This document shows positions 1 through 12,080 of a stretch of DNA of 64,000 nt, in pieces. The first letter of the stretch is position 1. Each line of letters starts with the position of its first letter. The position numbers and the translations under genes are program-made. A model generated the notes under the pieces. It had not been told where the DNA came from and ran no database searches. It saw only the letters and a list, made by a program, of their open reading frames with translations. The stretch lies in the NCBI RefSeq assembly GCF_016433145.1, contig NC_058133.1:255958801-256022800 (forward strand), written 5' to 3'. This DNA comes from Gracilinanus agilis. Its lineage: Eukaryota.

Positions 1-2532
1 ACTCCAGCATGTAATTAAGAAGATCATCCACCATGATCAGGTGGGATTTATACCAGGAATGCAAGGATGGTTCAACATTAGGAAAACCATCCACATAATT
101 GACCATATCAACAGTCTAACAAACGAAAATCGAAAATCACGTGATTATCTCAATAGATGCTGAAAAAGCCTTTGACAAAATACAGCATCCATTCCTATTG
201 AAAACACTGAAAAGTATAGGAATAGAAGGACCTTTCCTAAAAATAATAAACAATATATACCTAAAACCATCAACAAGCATTATATGCAATGGGGATAAAT
301 TAGAAGCCTTCCCAATAAGATCAGGTGTGAAACAAGGATGCCCATTATCACCTCTATTATTCAACATAATACTAGAAACACTAGCAGTAGCAATTAGAGA
401 AGAAAAAGAAATTGAAGGTATCAAAATAGGCAAGGAGGAGTCTAAGCTATCACTCTTTGCAGAGGATATGATGGTATACTTAAAAAATCCTAGAGAATCA
501 ACTAAGAAGCTTGTAAAAATAATCAACAACTTTAGCAAAGTTGCAGGATACAAAATAAATGTACATAAATCATCAGCATTTCTATACATTTCCAACACAT
601 TAGAACAGCAAGAGGTCAAAGAGAAACACCATTTAAAATTACCCTAGACAATATAAAATACTTAGGAATCTATCTACCAAAACAAACACAGCAATTATAT
701 GAAAACAACTACAAAACACTTTCCAAACAAATAAAACTGGATCTAAGCAATTGGAAAGCCATTGGTTGCTCATGGGTAGGACGAGCTAACATAATAAAAA
801 TAACCATTCTACCCAAATTAATTTACCTATTTAGGGCCATACCTATCAAACTACCAAAAAACTTCTTTAATGAATTAGAAAAAACTATAACAAATTTCAT
901 TTGGAATAACAAAAGATCAAGAATATCAAGGGAAATAATGAAAAAAATGTGAAGGAAGGGGGCCTAGCAGTACTAGATATTAAGCTATACTATAAAGCAG
1001 CAGTCATCAAAACAATATGGTACTGGCTAAGAGACAGAGGGGAGGATCAGTCGAATAGACTTGGGGTTAATGACATCAGCAAGACAGTGTATGATAAACC
1101 CAAAGAGCCCAACTTTTGGGACATGAATCCCATTTGACTATTTGACAAAAACTGCTGGGAAATTTGGAAAACAATATGGGAGAGATTAGGTTTAGATCAA
1201 CATCTCACACCCTACACCAAGATAAATTCAGAATGGGTGAATGACTTGAATATAAAGAGGGAAACTATAAATAAGTTAAGTGAACACAGAATAGTATACT
1301 TATCAGATCTCTGGGAAAGGAAAGAATTTAAAACCAAGCAAGAGTTAGAGAAAATTACAAAATGTAAATTAAATGGTTTTGATTATATTAAACTAAAAAG
1401 CTTTTGTACAAACAAAAACAATGTAGTCAAAATCAGAAGGGAAACAACAAATTGGGAAAAAATCTTTATAACGAAAAACTCTTACAGGGGTCTAATTACT
1501 CAAAAATACAAGGAGTTAAATCAATTGTATAAAAAATCAAGCCATTCCCCAATTGATAAATGGGCAAGAGACATGATAGGCAATTTTCAGGTAAAGAAAT
1601 CAAAAGTATCAATAAGCACATGAGAAAGTGTTCTAAATCTCTAATAATTAGAGAAATGCAAATCAAAACAACTCTGAGGCATCACCTCACACCTAGCAGA
1701 TTGGCTAAAATGAGAGAAGGGGAGAGTAATGAATGCTGGAGGGGATGTGACAAAATTGGGACATTAATGCATTGCTGGTGGAGTTGTGAAATGTTACAAC
1801 TATTCTGGCTGGCAATTTGGAACTATGCTCAAAGGGCTATAAAAGAATGCCTGCCCTTTGATCCAGCTATACCATTGTTGGGGTTGTACCCCAAAGAGAT
1901 CATAGATAAACAGACTTATACGAAAATATTTATAGCTGCGCTTTTTGTGGTGGCAAAGAACTGGAAAAGGAGGGTATGTCCTTCAATTGGGGAATGGCTG
2001 AACAAACTGTGGTATATGCTGGTGATGGAATACTATTGTGCTCAAAGGAATAATAAACTGGAGGAGTTCCAGGTGAACTGGAAAGACCTCCAGGAACTGA
2101 TGCAGAGTGAAAGGAGCAGAGCCAGAAGAACACTGTACACAGAGACTGATATACTGTGGTAAAATCGAATGTAATGAACCTCTGTACCAGCAGCAATGCA
2201 AAGATCCAGGACATTTCTGAGGGATTTATGGTAAAGAATGCTACCCACACTCAGAGGAAGGACTGCAGGAGAGGAAACATATAAGAAAAACAACTGCTGG
2301 AACGCATGGGTTGGGGTGGACATGATTGAGGATGTGGACTCAAAACTACCACACCAATGCAACTAACAATTTGGAAATAGGTTTTGATCAAGGACACATG
2401 ATAAAACCAGTGGAAATGTGTGTCGGCCAAGGGTGGGGAGAATGCAGAGGGTGATGGGGAAAGTAGGAGCATGAATCATGTAACCATGTTAAAAATGAAT
2501 ATTAATAAATGTTTAAAATTTTAAAAAAAAAG
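1..2532 (+). mobile_element. LINE-1 3' portion (ORF2 RT and C-terminal region, 3' UTR, A-tail), frameshifted
   Basis: ORF-track peptides [39 protein letters not shown] and CWRGC..GTLMHCWW are typical L1 ORF2 motifs. AATAAA and an A-rich tail lie at ~2504-2532. The element continues past the left edge. Confidence 0.97.
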
Positions 2533-4241
2533 AAACTACTGCAAAGGCATTGGGTAATGAAAGGGAAGTCTGATGCTATAAAGATCAATATTCAGTAGGA
2601 ACCTGGAATATAAGTTCTATGAAGCAAGGTAAGCTAGATATGATCAAACAGGAGATGGGAAGATTAAATATCAACATCTTGAGTATAAAAGAACTTAAAT
2701 GGAGAGGAATGGGTGAATTTAATTTAAGTGATGATTACATATAGTACTGTGAGGAAGAATCCCTTACAAGAAATGAAGTAGCCCTCGTAGTTAATAAAAG
2801 GGCGAAAAAAGCAATCCTGGCATATGATCTCAAAAATGACAATGACAATTTGAATCTAAGGCAAACCAATATCAGTGATACAAATCTACATTCTAATCAC
2901 TAATGCCAGAGTTCAAAGTAGATAATTTCTATGAAAACTTACATCTTCTAGAAATAACACCCACAAAAGACATCACATCTATCATAGAGAATTGGAATGC
3001 TAAAGATTCAAAATATAAATGGTATAAATCTGTCCTTAGAGTACAAAATGAAACAAAGCAGAGATTAATAGAGTTTTGTCAAGATAACTCATTGGTCTTA
3101 GCAAATACTCTTTTTCAACAATCTAAAAGGCAACTTTACATACGGACATTAACAGACTGGATGAATCAAAAGCTGGAATTAAGGTCAGTGGGGAAAATGC
3201 CAACAATTTCAGATGTGCAGACAATACCATCCTGATGGCAGAAAGTGAAGAAGAATAAAAAAGCCTCTTGATGAGGGTCAGAGAGGAAAGTGTAAAAGCT
3301 GGCTTGAAATTTAACATAAAAAAAGCTAAGATCTTGGCAACTGCTCCCTTTACTTCCTGACTAATGCGGGTGGGGGGTGGGGGGGGGGGGAGTGGGGAAT
3401 GGAAGCAGTGTCAGATTTTATATTCTTGGGTTCAAAGATCACTGCAGACAATAACTATGGCCAAGATATTAAAAGATGCTTGCTTGGAAGGAAAGCTCTG
3501 ACAAATTTGAACAGCATACTAAAAAACAACAATATAACCTTACCAAAAAAAGATCTGTGTAGTCAAAGCTATGGTTTTTCCAGTAACACTGTATGACTTT
3601 GAGAGTTAGAATATAAGGAAACCTGAGCACTGCAGAATCTATACTTTTGAATTGTGGTGTTAGAGAAGACTTTTGAGAGTCCCTTGGATGGCAAGGAGAT
3701 CAAATAAGTCAATACCTTAAAAAATTAATTCAGACTATTCACTGAAAGGTCAAATACTGAAGAAGCTTATGCTTTTGGCTACCTAATGAAAAGACAGTAT
3801 TCCTTGGAATAGATAAATAAATAGAAATAAATAAATAAGCATTCATTTGGGATGTTGAAAAAGGTAGAATGCAAAAGAAGAAGGGGGTGGCAAAGGGTGA
3901 GATAGAGAATGCCATGGAAACATCAAATATGAATTTGGACAGACTTCAAAAGATAATGGAGGGCTGGGTGGTTCCGTGAACTGAGCCAGGCCTAGACATG
4001 GGAGATCCTAGGTTCAAACCTGGCCTCAAACACTTCCTAGCTGTGTGACCCTGGGCAAGTCACTTAACCCCCATTGCCTAGTGCTTACTGTTCTTCTGCC
4101 TTTGAACCAATACACAAAACCCTTACAGAAGGTAAGGGTGTTTGTTTTTTTTTTTTTAAAAGATAATGGAGGGCAGAATAACCTGGTGTGCTATGATCCA
4201 TGGGGTCACAGAGTCAGACATGACAATTGAGCAACAACAAC
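2533..4241 (+). mobile_element. RTE-clade (BovB-like) LINE, internally deleted
   Basis: 2581-2810 translates KDQYSVGTWNISSMKQGKLDMIKQEMGRLNINILSIKELKWRGMGEF, a BovB-type endonuclease. It jumps near 3140 to RT C-terminal sequence (EAVSDFIFLGSKITAD). The 3' end GGGGTCACAGAGTCAGACATGAC..CAACAACAA is a BovB-like tail. Confidence 0.9.
3961..4157 (+). mobile_element. SINE-1 (Monodelphis-type) inserted in the RTE
   Basis: tRNA-derived head and CORE-like body. AAAAGATAATGGAGGGC is repeated at 3948-3964 and 4158-4174 (TSD, partly overlapping the head). Confidence 0.9.
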
Positions 4242-4299
4242 AGAGAAATTGATCAGTAGTCTAGTGTTTGATAGACCTAAAGACCCTACTTATTAGAGC

Positions 4300-5180
4300 A
4301 AGTATTATTCACAACTTAAAAACTTTTCAGAAAAGTGGAAAGTAATTTGACAAAACTAGGTGTAAACCAACATCTCCCACCATATACCAAGAGAAACTCC
4401 AAGTGGGGACATGAATTAGACATAAACAAGTCATAAAGTAATTATAGGAGAAAGAAATTACCTATCAGAACTGTGGACGGGGGAAGTGTTCATGACTAAA
4501 TGGTATAAAAAGATCACAGAGGTAAAATGAGTAATTTGGACTAAAAAAAGTATTAAAAGGTTTTGCACAAACATAACCAATATAGGTTAAAATTAGAAGT
4601 GATGTAGGCAAATGGGGGAAAAATATTTGTAATAAATGTCCCTGATAAAGGTCACTTTTCTAAGATATATTGGGAATTACTTCAAATTTATGAAAATAAA
4701 GAGTCATTCTCCAATTGATAAACAGTCAAAGGATACCATCAGACATATCACAATCAAATAAAGAAATCCAAGCTATCAATACCTATGTGTAAACATATCC
4801 TAAATCACTAATAACTAGAGAAATGCACATTAAAACAACCTTAAGGTTCTACTTCATGTCCATCAGATTGGCAAAGGAGACAAAAACAATGTTGGTGATG
4901 CTATGAGAAAACAAGTATATTAATGTATTGTTGATGTGTTACTAACATGGTACTATAAACTGGTGTAGACACTCTGGAAATCAATTTAGAACTATAACCA
5001 AAAAAGTATTAAAATATGCATATCCTTTGGCCCAGTCATACAACTGTTAGATCTGTTCTCCAAAGATATCAAAGAAACAGAAAAAGAAACCATATGTGCA
5101 AAAATATTTATAAAAGCCTTTTCTGTGGTAGCATAGAAGTTGAAATAAAAGGAATGACTACCAACTAAGGAATAGCTAAA
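4300..5180 (+). mobile_element. old L1 ORF2 3' fragment
   Basis: Degraded similarity to the same ORF2 region as 1150-2050 (e.g. CATCTCCCACCATATACCAAG, CAATTGATAAA, CAAAAATATTTATA). Confidence 0.75.
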
Positions 5181-5184
5181 ATTA

Positions 5185-6075
5185 TCTCTGACCTTTAAAG
5201 TCCTATGTGACCTGGTCCTTCCCTACATTTCCATTCTTCTTATACTTTATAGCTTGCCTATGACCAAAATGGCATAAGGTTATCATTCTTGCCAATGCCT
5301 TTTTTCCCTATTCCTGTGATAGAGACTAGTCAGGAACACTTAATTTTCACCTTCACTGTCCTTCCTGAGGGATATCAATAGAAGAATTTATCACACCTAG
5401 CCCCTTCCTACCTTTCCAAGACTGGTTGTCCCTTAAGCCTGGAGCTCACTCCTTCTTCATCTCTGCTTCCTGGCTTCTCTCAATTCCTTCAAGCCTCAGC
5501 TAAAGTATCATTCTCTAGAACATGTTATCTTCAGTCCTTCTTAATCTTAGTATCTCCCCTCTGGATCTACCCCCAGTTTATCCTGTGTATGATTAAAATT
5601 AATATCCAGTAACTCCAAGTAGTATATTTTATAAGGATATTAATAATATTTTTATATTTTATAAAATTAATAATTGTATAAGTATATTAATAATCACTTG
5701 AAGTAGAAGAAATAAAAAGACAAAAGTAAAAACCTGAGTAAAGAAATAAAGAAAAGTTTTCCCAGCTGCATTCATGGGGAAAGAGAAAGGGGTAGGGTCA
5801 TGCACAAACTTTATCTCCAAAACGTCAAGACGTAACGTAAGAACAAAAGTAGAATGCTGGGATTTAGAGTTCTGGGGAGCAAATCCTAATTATACACTGT
5901 ATATATCATGTTCATACAATGTTCATACAAAACATTCCCACATGTTTTCTCACTAAGACTAACTTTAAGCTCCCAGAGAGCAGGGAATATTTTTTGTTTT
6001 TCTTTATATTCCTAGCACTTAGCACAATTCTAGACAAATAGTAGATGTTTAATAAATGCTAATTGACTAAATGAT
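5185..6075 (+). mobile_element. L2 3' fragments
   Basis: L2-type 3' end TAAGCTCCCAGAGAGCAGGGA..TAGCACTTAGCAC..TTAATAAATGCT at ~5965-6070, with pyrimidine-rich L2-like sequence upstream. Confidence 0.6.
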
Positions 6076-6619
6076 AACATGTGGGAAAGTTTAGTCTATA
6101 TATTCATGGGAAGAACCTTTCCTTGTTTATATGTCTGAGTAATTGCATTTTGCTTTGAACAAATGTATCTTCTGTCTGACAGGTAATAACCACATCAGTA
6201 GGGGCTTATAAACAGTGATTTAGAGTGAATGTTGACCCATAGAATGTCTCAGAAATGACTTACTTTTTTTTCTAGGGGCCCATATGTGAGAGGTGATACT
6301 CCACTTCTGCATACAGAAGGCACTGAGGCCCAGGGAGGCAAATTAACTGATACATAGGTAGATAACATATTAAGGTATGGTGAGTGTTTTTGCTCAGAAA
6401 GATTATGTATGTCCACATGGGCCTATCTAGACATAGCTTACAGGGAAGCAAGAATATGCATTTCTTTCCCCAGCCCTTCCCCAAGGGAGTTTTTAATTCC
6501 TTCCAGGAGGAGAAGGAGGAGGTTGGAGCCAGAGACTGGGGACTATTTTCCTAAAAGACAGGAGAGGTACTGAGCTAGAATTATGTCTATCCGCTTCCTT
6601 AAATATTATTAGCACAGGG

Positions 6620-6796
6620 CAGGGGTCAGCAACGTAGGGCTCTCGAGCCACAACTGGCTCTTTTGAGGGCCAGATATGGCTCTTTCTGCAAGAGCCATAA
6701 AGTCAATTTTTTTTCAGGCGCTGTTACAGGACAAAATTACATTTTAAAAAATGTGGCGTTTATGGCTTTCACAGCCAAAAAGGTTGCCGAGCCCTG
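6620..6796. mobile_element. hAT (Charlie-like) MITE
   Basis: Terminal inverted repeats CAGGGGTCAGCAAC and GTTGCCGAGCCCTG match 12/14. The flanking 8-mers GCACAGGG and GTATAGGG form a decayed 8-bp TSD. Confidence 0.8.
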
Positions 6797-6837
6797 GTAT
6801 AGGGGATGTGATTATCAAACTACAACTTGATAGCTAT

Positions 6838-7995
6838 TTTATTTATTTATTTAATTTAGAATATTTTACTTTGGTTACATGATTCATGTTCTTTCCCTTC
6901 TCTCCTCCCTCCCCTCTCCCATAGCCAACAAGCAATTCCACTGGGTTTTACATGTATCATTGATACATTTACATGTATCAAGACCTATTTCCTTATTATT
7001 AATGTTTGTAATAGAGTGATCATTTAGAGTCTACATCCCCAATCATATCCCCATCGAACCAGGTGATCAAGCAAATGTTTTTCTTTTTTTTAATTGAAAA
7101 ATTTTATTTAATTAATCAATATTTTTCCATGGTTACATGATTCATGTTCTTTCCCTCCCCTCCAAACCCCCCATAGCCAATGCACAATTCCACTGGGTTT
7201 TACATGTATCATTGATCAAGCCCTATTTCCATATTATTGATAATTGCACTAGAGTGATCATTTAGAGTCTACATCCCCAATCATATCCCCATCAATCAAC
7301 CCATGTGTTCAAGCAGTTGTGTTTCTTCTGTGTTTTTACTCCCACAGTTCTTTCTCTGGATGTGGATAACATTCTTTCTCATAAGTCCCTCAGAATTGTC
7401 CTAGATCATTGCATTGCCGCTAGTAGAGAAGTCCGTTATGTTCAATTGTACCACAGGTACCAGTCTCTGTGTACAATGGTCTCCTGGTTCTGCTCCTTTC
7501 ACTCTGCATCAGTTCCTGGAGTTTGTTCCAGTTCATTATTCCTTCGAGCACAATAGTATTCCATCACCAAAAGATACCACAATTTGTTCAGCTATTCCCC
7601 AATGGAAGGGCATCCCCTCATTTTCCAATTTTTTGCCATCACAAAGTGCAACTATAAATATTTTTGTAGAGGTCTTTTTCCTTATTATGTCTTTGGGGTA
7701 CAAACCCAGCAGTGGTATGGCTGGATCAAAGGGTATGCATTCTTTTAAAGCCCTTTGGGCATAATTCCAAATTGTCTTCCAGAATATTTAGATCAATTCA
7801 CAATCCACCAACAATGCATTAGTGTCCCAATTTTGCCATATGCCCTCCAACATTTATCACTTTCCTTTGCTGTCATATTAGCCAACCTGCTAGATGTGAG
7901 GTGGTACCTCAGAGTTGTTTTGACTTGCATTTCTCTAATTATGAAAGCTTTAGAACACCTTTTCATGTGCTTATTGATAGTTTTGATTTCTTTTT
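6838..7995 (-). mobile_element. two tandem antisense L1 3' ends (~6838-7085 and ~7086-7995)
   Basis: The same GGTTACATGATTCATGTTCTTTCCC..CAATTCCACTGGGTTTTACATG block occurs twice. The second copy extends into ORF2 (minus ORF MKRCSKAFIIREMQVKTTLRYHLT..CWRAYGKIGTLMHCWW). Confidence 0.9.
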
Positions 7996-8340
7996 GATAA
8001 CTATTTTTTAATGGGGAAGGAGTGCTTTCTATCCAGTGCTTGACTTTTCCCACCAGATGCCAGTTCCACAACAAACACACATAGCAAATAGTAAATACAC
8101 TCATTTATCCAAGTCAGTAGCAAAACAGAAATCATAAAATGTATACATAGGAGAATATTTATGTCCCATAGGGAGTGAGGTAACACAGCTCAACGAAGAG
8201 AGATAAAGTCCCAGTTTTCATTGGAAAGGAAATTTCCCAGAGTCTCTTGTATAGTAAACTGGGAATGGAATTGTTGGTTTCTTCCCAGAATTCTTTCTCT
8301 CTCTTCAGTCATGAAAAGAAAGGTTAAAATTGCACATCTT

Positions 8341-8538
8341 GGGGGCAGCTGGGTAACTCAGTGGATTTAGAGACAGGAGATCCTGGGTTCAAATGTGACC
8401 TCAGACACTTCCTAGCTGTGTGACCCTGGGCAAGTCACTTAACCCCCAATTTATTGCCCTTACCTCTCTTCTGCTTTGGAACCAATATAGAGTATTGATT
8501 CCAAGAGAGAAGGTAAAAGTTTGTTGTTGTTGTTTTTT
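8341..8538 (+). mobile_element. SINE-1
   Basis: Canonical head and body; TSD AATTGCACATCTT at 8328-8340 and 8539-8551. Confidence 0.92.
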
Positions 8539-9921
8539 AATTGCACATCTTCTCTTTCAAGGCTGGAAGTTAGAAGAATCCAGATCCTTTTTCTCTATTG
8601 GTCTCACCAACTGTGCAAGCTGGTCTCTCTCCTTGAAGAAGTAAAAGGAATGAAGGGGTATATATCTACTCCTAGTGTTATTAAGGACAATGAAATGTTC
8701 CTTAAAAGACTAAAAGATGTGTGAAACAAATAAGAGAAAGACATTGAAGAGGCATAGGGAAAACCTAACCCCCATCAGATTCCTGGGAGGAGGAAGAGAA
8801 GATGGATTACTGAACCACTGATCTAAGTAGAATAAAGTTCTTTCTGTAGAGTGGAGAACTACATCCTCTGAAGGAAGCAGCTTCCTATGTTTCAAAAAAA
8901 AGAATAGTGCTAGTGGTGGTAGTGGTAGTAATCAGAGAAAGAAAGGACAAATATTAGGGACTGTGACTCCTTGCTAAGATGTACTGAGATGACTTTTTGT
9001 TAAGGAGACCAAAAAGTAGAATTGTCAACTGGTCTTTCTTATGTATGTATCTGAGACATGATGAAAATCCTTTCAAAACTCTCTAAGTCTAATACTCACT
9101 ATGATTTCTGATAAATCATTTAAGGTAAAAGATATTACCTTAAGGGACCTTAAAATGAGAGAGAGTCTTTTTAATAGTCTATAGATTCATTTTATAGGTC
9201 CTTTAAGATTAACAGAGACAAAGAATTTTTAAAACCTTCTGACTTTATGGTTCAGTATCAAATGTGCATATCTACTGTTAAATGTGAATCTACTATCTGT
9301 ACTCTGAATGTATTTAGTTTAGGGAAAGTATTGTGTTTTAATGGCTGGATTGATAAAGGTGGAGAGAAATGTGAACACAAATTTGAATTGGGAATTTGTT
9401 CCTTCTTCTGAATTTGTTTAGGAAATATTTTTAAATTAAAAGATTTTAACTGACTTACCTCTTTACACTTGACCAGTATGGGATAAGTTCCAGCCCCACA
9501 GCAAAATGGAATGACAGACCAAATATATTCTGTAAATGAATCCAATATTTTCTCTTCACGTTGAAAATTAAAGGATGACTGAATCATGTTTTATTTACTG
9601 TTGGATGATGGCTTGGAAGATGTTATAATAATGTTTTATTTATTTATTTATTAAAAATTAAAAATTAAATTTTATTTTATTCTCAGTACTGAATTCCCTC
9701 CCTACCATTTTCCTTTTCTTCATTCATTAGAAAGACATGAAAAATAAACCTATTTAAATGTAAATAATCAAGCAAAACAAATTCCTTATTAGCCAAATCC
9801 AAAAAAGGATAGAAAGAATAAAAGAAAATATATTTCGATCCATACTGAGTCCATTAGCTCTCTCTCTCTCTCTGGAAGTAGAGAATTGGTTTTGTCATGA
9901 GCCCAATATGTTACATACATA

Positions 9922-10170
9922 ATGGCATTTAGGTGATACAGTGGCTGAACATACAGTCAGGATGGACGGAGTTCAGATTTGGCCAAACTTACTAGCTGTG
10001 CAACCATGGGCAAGTCATTCAATTTTTATTTGTCTCAGATTCCTCAACTGTAAAATGGGGGTGATAACAATAGTACCTACCTCCCTAGGTTGTTGTAAGA
10101 ATCAAGAGAGATAATTTTTGTAAAATTCCTGGCATAGAGTAGGTGCTATATAAATACTAATTATTATTCA
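9922..10170 (+). mobile_element. MIR/CORE SINE
   Basis: CORE motif CTCAGATTCCTCAACTGTAAAATGGGG..GTTGTTGTAAGAATCAA. Confidence 0.8.
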
Positions 10171-11079
10171 TTGAAATTATTGCTACTGCATGATGTTCCT
10201 TAATGTTTTTCTTTTATTTTTTCATTTTGGTTTTACTAATAGGAATCTTTATTTATGTTTCAATTTACATATGTTTCAATTCAGTTAGGCGGGTTGAAAA
10301 TATAATGGATGTAAACTAGGCTTCCATATAATTCTAAAAATATCATTGCTTCAGGAATTAAATTGTTTATCAATAGCACAATGGGTTGTGGACAGCATTT
10401 TCAGATTTCTACCTACATGCAATTTGATATTATTTTCCATCACTGCTTTCTGGATGTATCTACTATGGACTGTCAAATTATAAGAACATATAATAATTAG
10501 ACACTTACATGTAGAATCCAATAGAATCAATATAGGGAATAAATTAGGGAACCTTACAAAGGTTACCCTGAGCTGAACTGATCTAGGAGATGGTAGAGGA
10601 AAGCCATAGTGCCCCCCCCCCCCCCCCGCTTACTTCGCACTCATCTACCAATATATTTGTTGAACTGGTTTGCATCCAGGTAGTGAGACTATCAAGGGGA
10701 TTGACAAAGAGATGCTATTTCAAATTAATTGTGTGAACAAATTATATTTCACGGGCCAAGTAGAAAGCCTAATAGAATCCTTTTGACATGGACTAGGACA
10801 TGAAAAATACAATCCCCAAATAACTTGCAGACAATGATGGCATGGTAGGGGGAAGACCTTGGAATAGTGCATGGGTAGATAATGTTGGGATAAAGGATAA
10901 GACTAGGGAGGATGTAAATGATGGAAGCCAACTGACCAAGGACCTGGTTTTCACCATGGAGATTATGAAAGAACTTTTGCAGATCATGGAAATAACAGAC
11001 AATTTCATGTTATCAGCCACACAAAGTTGTCTGGGAAGGAATATATATTATATAGTTGTGTGTTAGCTAGTAACTGGAA

Positions 11080-12080
11080 CTTATGATTTGTTTTTCTCTG
11101 AGGCTTTCTATATAGATGTTTTAGAGTCATTCTCTTCTACATTTGTGTCTTGAGCTTTCCTGTCACCATAATAGCATTTTATGATAGAATTCTGTTTTTG
11201 TTTGATTAATCATCCTTCCAGCCTAGTTCACATGTGATATCAGATATAGGCTCTGTGGCACTTTTCCGGGGAAATTCAGCGGGGGTTCCTGCTGTGGTAT
11301 TGCTATCGAGTAACATGGGAAGACAACACATAAAAGAAAGCTAAAAGTTGGGGGTGGAGAAGAAGAAATCCCAAATTAGCACAACCAGATGGGAATTGAG
11401 ATGTATTGAGCCCTCTCTTTAATTGAAGATTTTGGAATTCCTGGATCTACCCTCCAGTCCGAAGAGCAGAGGGTAGAGATGAGGTGTGAATACAAGACTG
11501 ATTTGATTTTACAGGAAAATGAGGTTTCCCCAAAGATGAGATTCCTGGGGTTATGGTAGGGAAATCAGCTAACTCTCAAAGTAGAACAGTCCAGTGAGAA
11601 AAGAGATTGGAGACAGTCTGGGGGACTGTACGTTTTCTGCAATCCCAAAGTGGTTCAATCTAGAGCAGAGCCTCGATTGCTGACTCCCCAGTCTGAGCTC
11701 CATCAACTCCTGACCTGGGTTTCAGTTTGAGCAACAACAAAAAGCTGCTGGACTCAGCCCCTATCAGCCAAAGGGGTAGCAGGGCTGGTTGAAGGTAACA
11801 GAATCATAGGCTTCCCTTTGGTTTGAGATTCCTGTCCTAGTTATTTCTCTGCAGGCCCGGCTAAATGCTGGGACCGAGTCACAACTCTGCTCCTGGGGCT
11901 GAGGGATACCTATGCTACCGGCCCATTCTGAACCTGCTCCTTTCTTAGTATACCGCTCAGAGCTTTGGGACTGACTGAGGAACCTTACCAGCAGACTTCC
12001 TCCTGAGTCTGCTCTAGGCTTGTGACTCAGAACTGGGTAGCAAGTGCCAGAGCTGCAAACTGGCACCTGTTGCCATCTTA
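11080..12080 (-). mobile_element. L1 5' UTR / ORF1-start-like fragments, possibly interrupted by an LTR-like piece (~11235-11650)
   Basis: By-eye resemblance to antisense marsupial L1 5' region (GAGCTTTCCTGTCACCATAATAG..). Not verified. Confidence 0.4.

Noticed and set aside
137-2472. Several 70-200-aa ORFs on both strands
   Set aside because: All are L1 ORF2 fragments or their antisense shadows, not host genes.
3365-3397. G-run with G-quadruplex potential
   Set aside because: A simple homopolymer expansion inside a dead RTE with no functional context.
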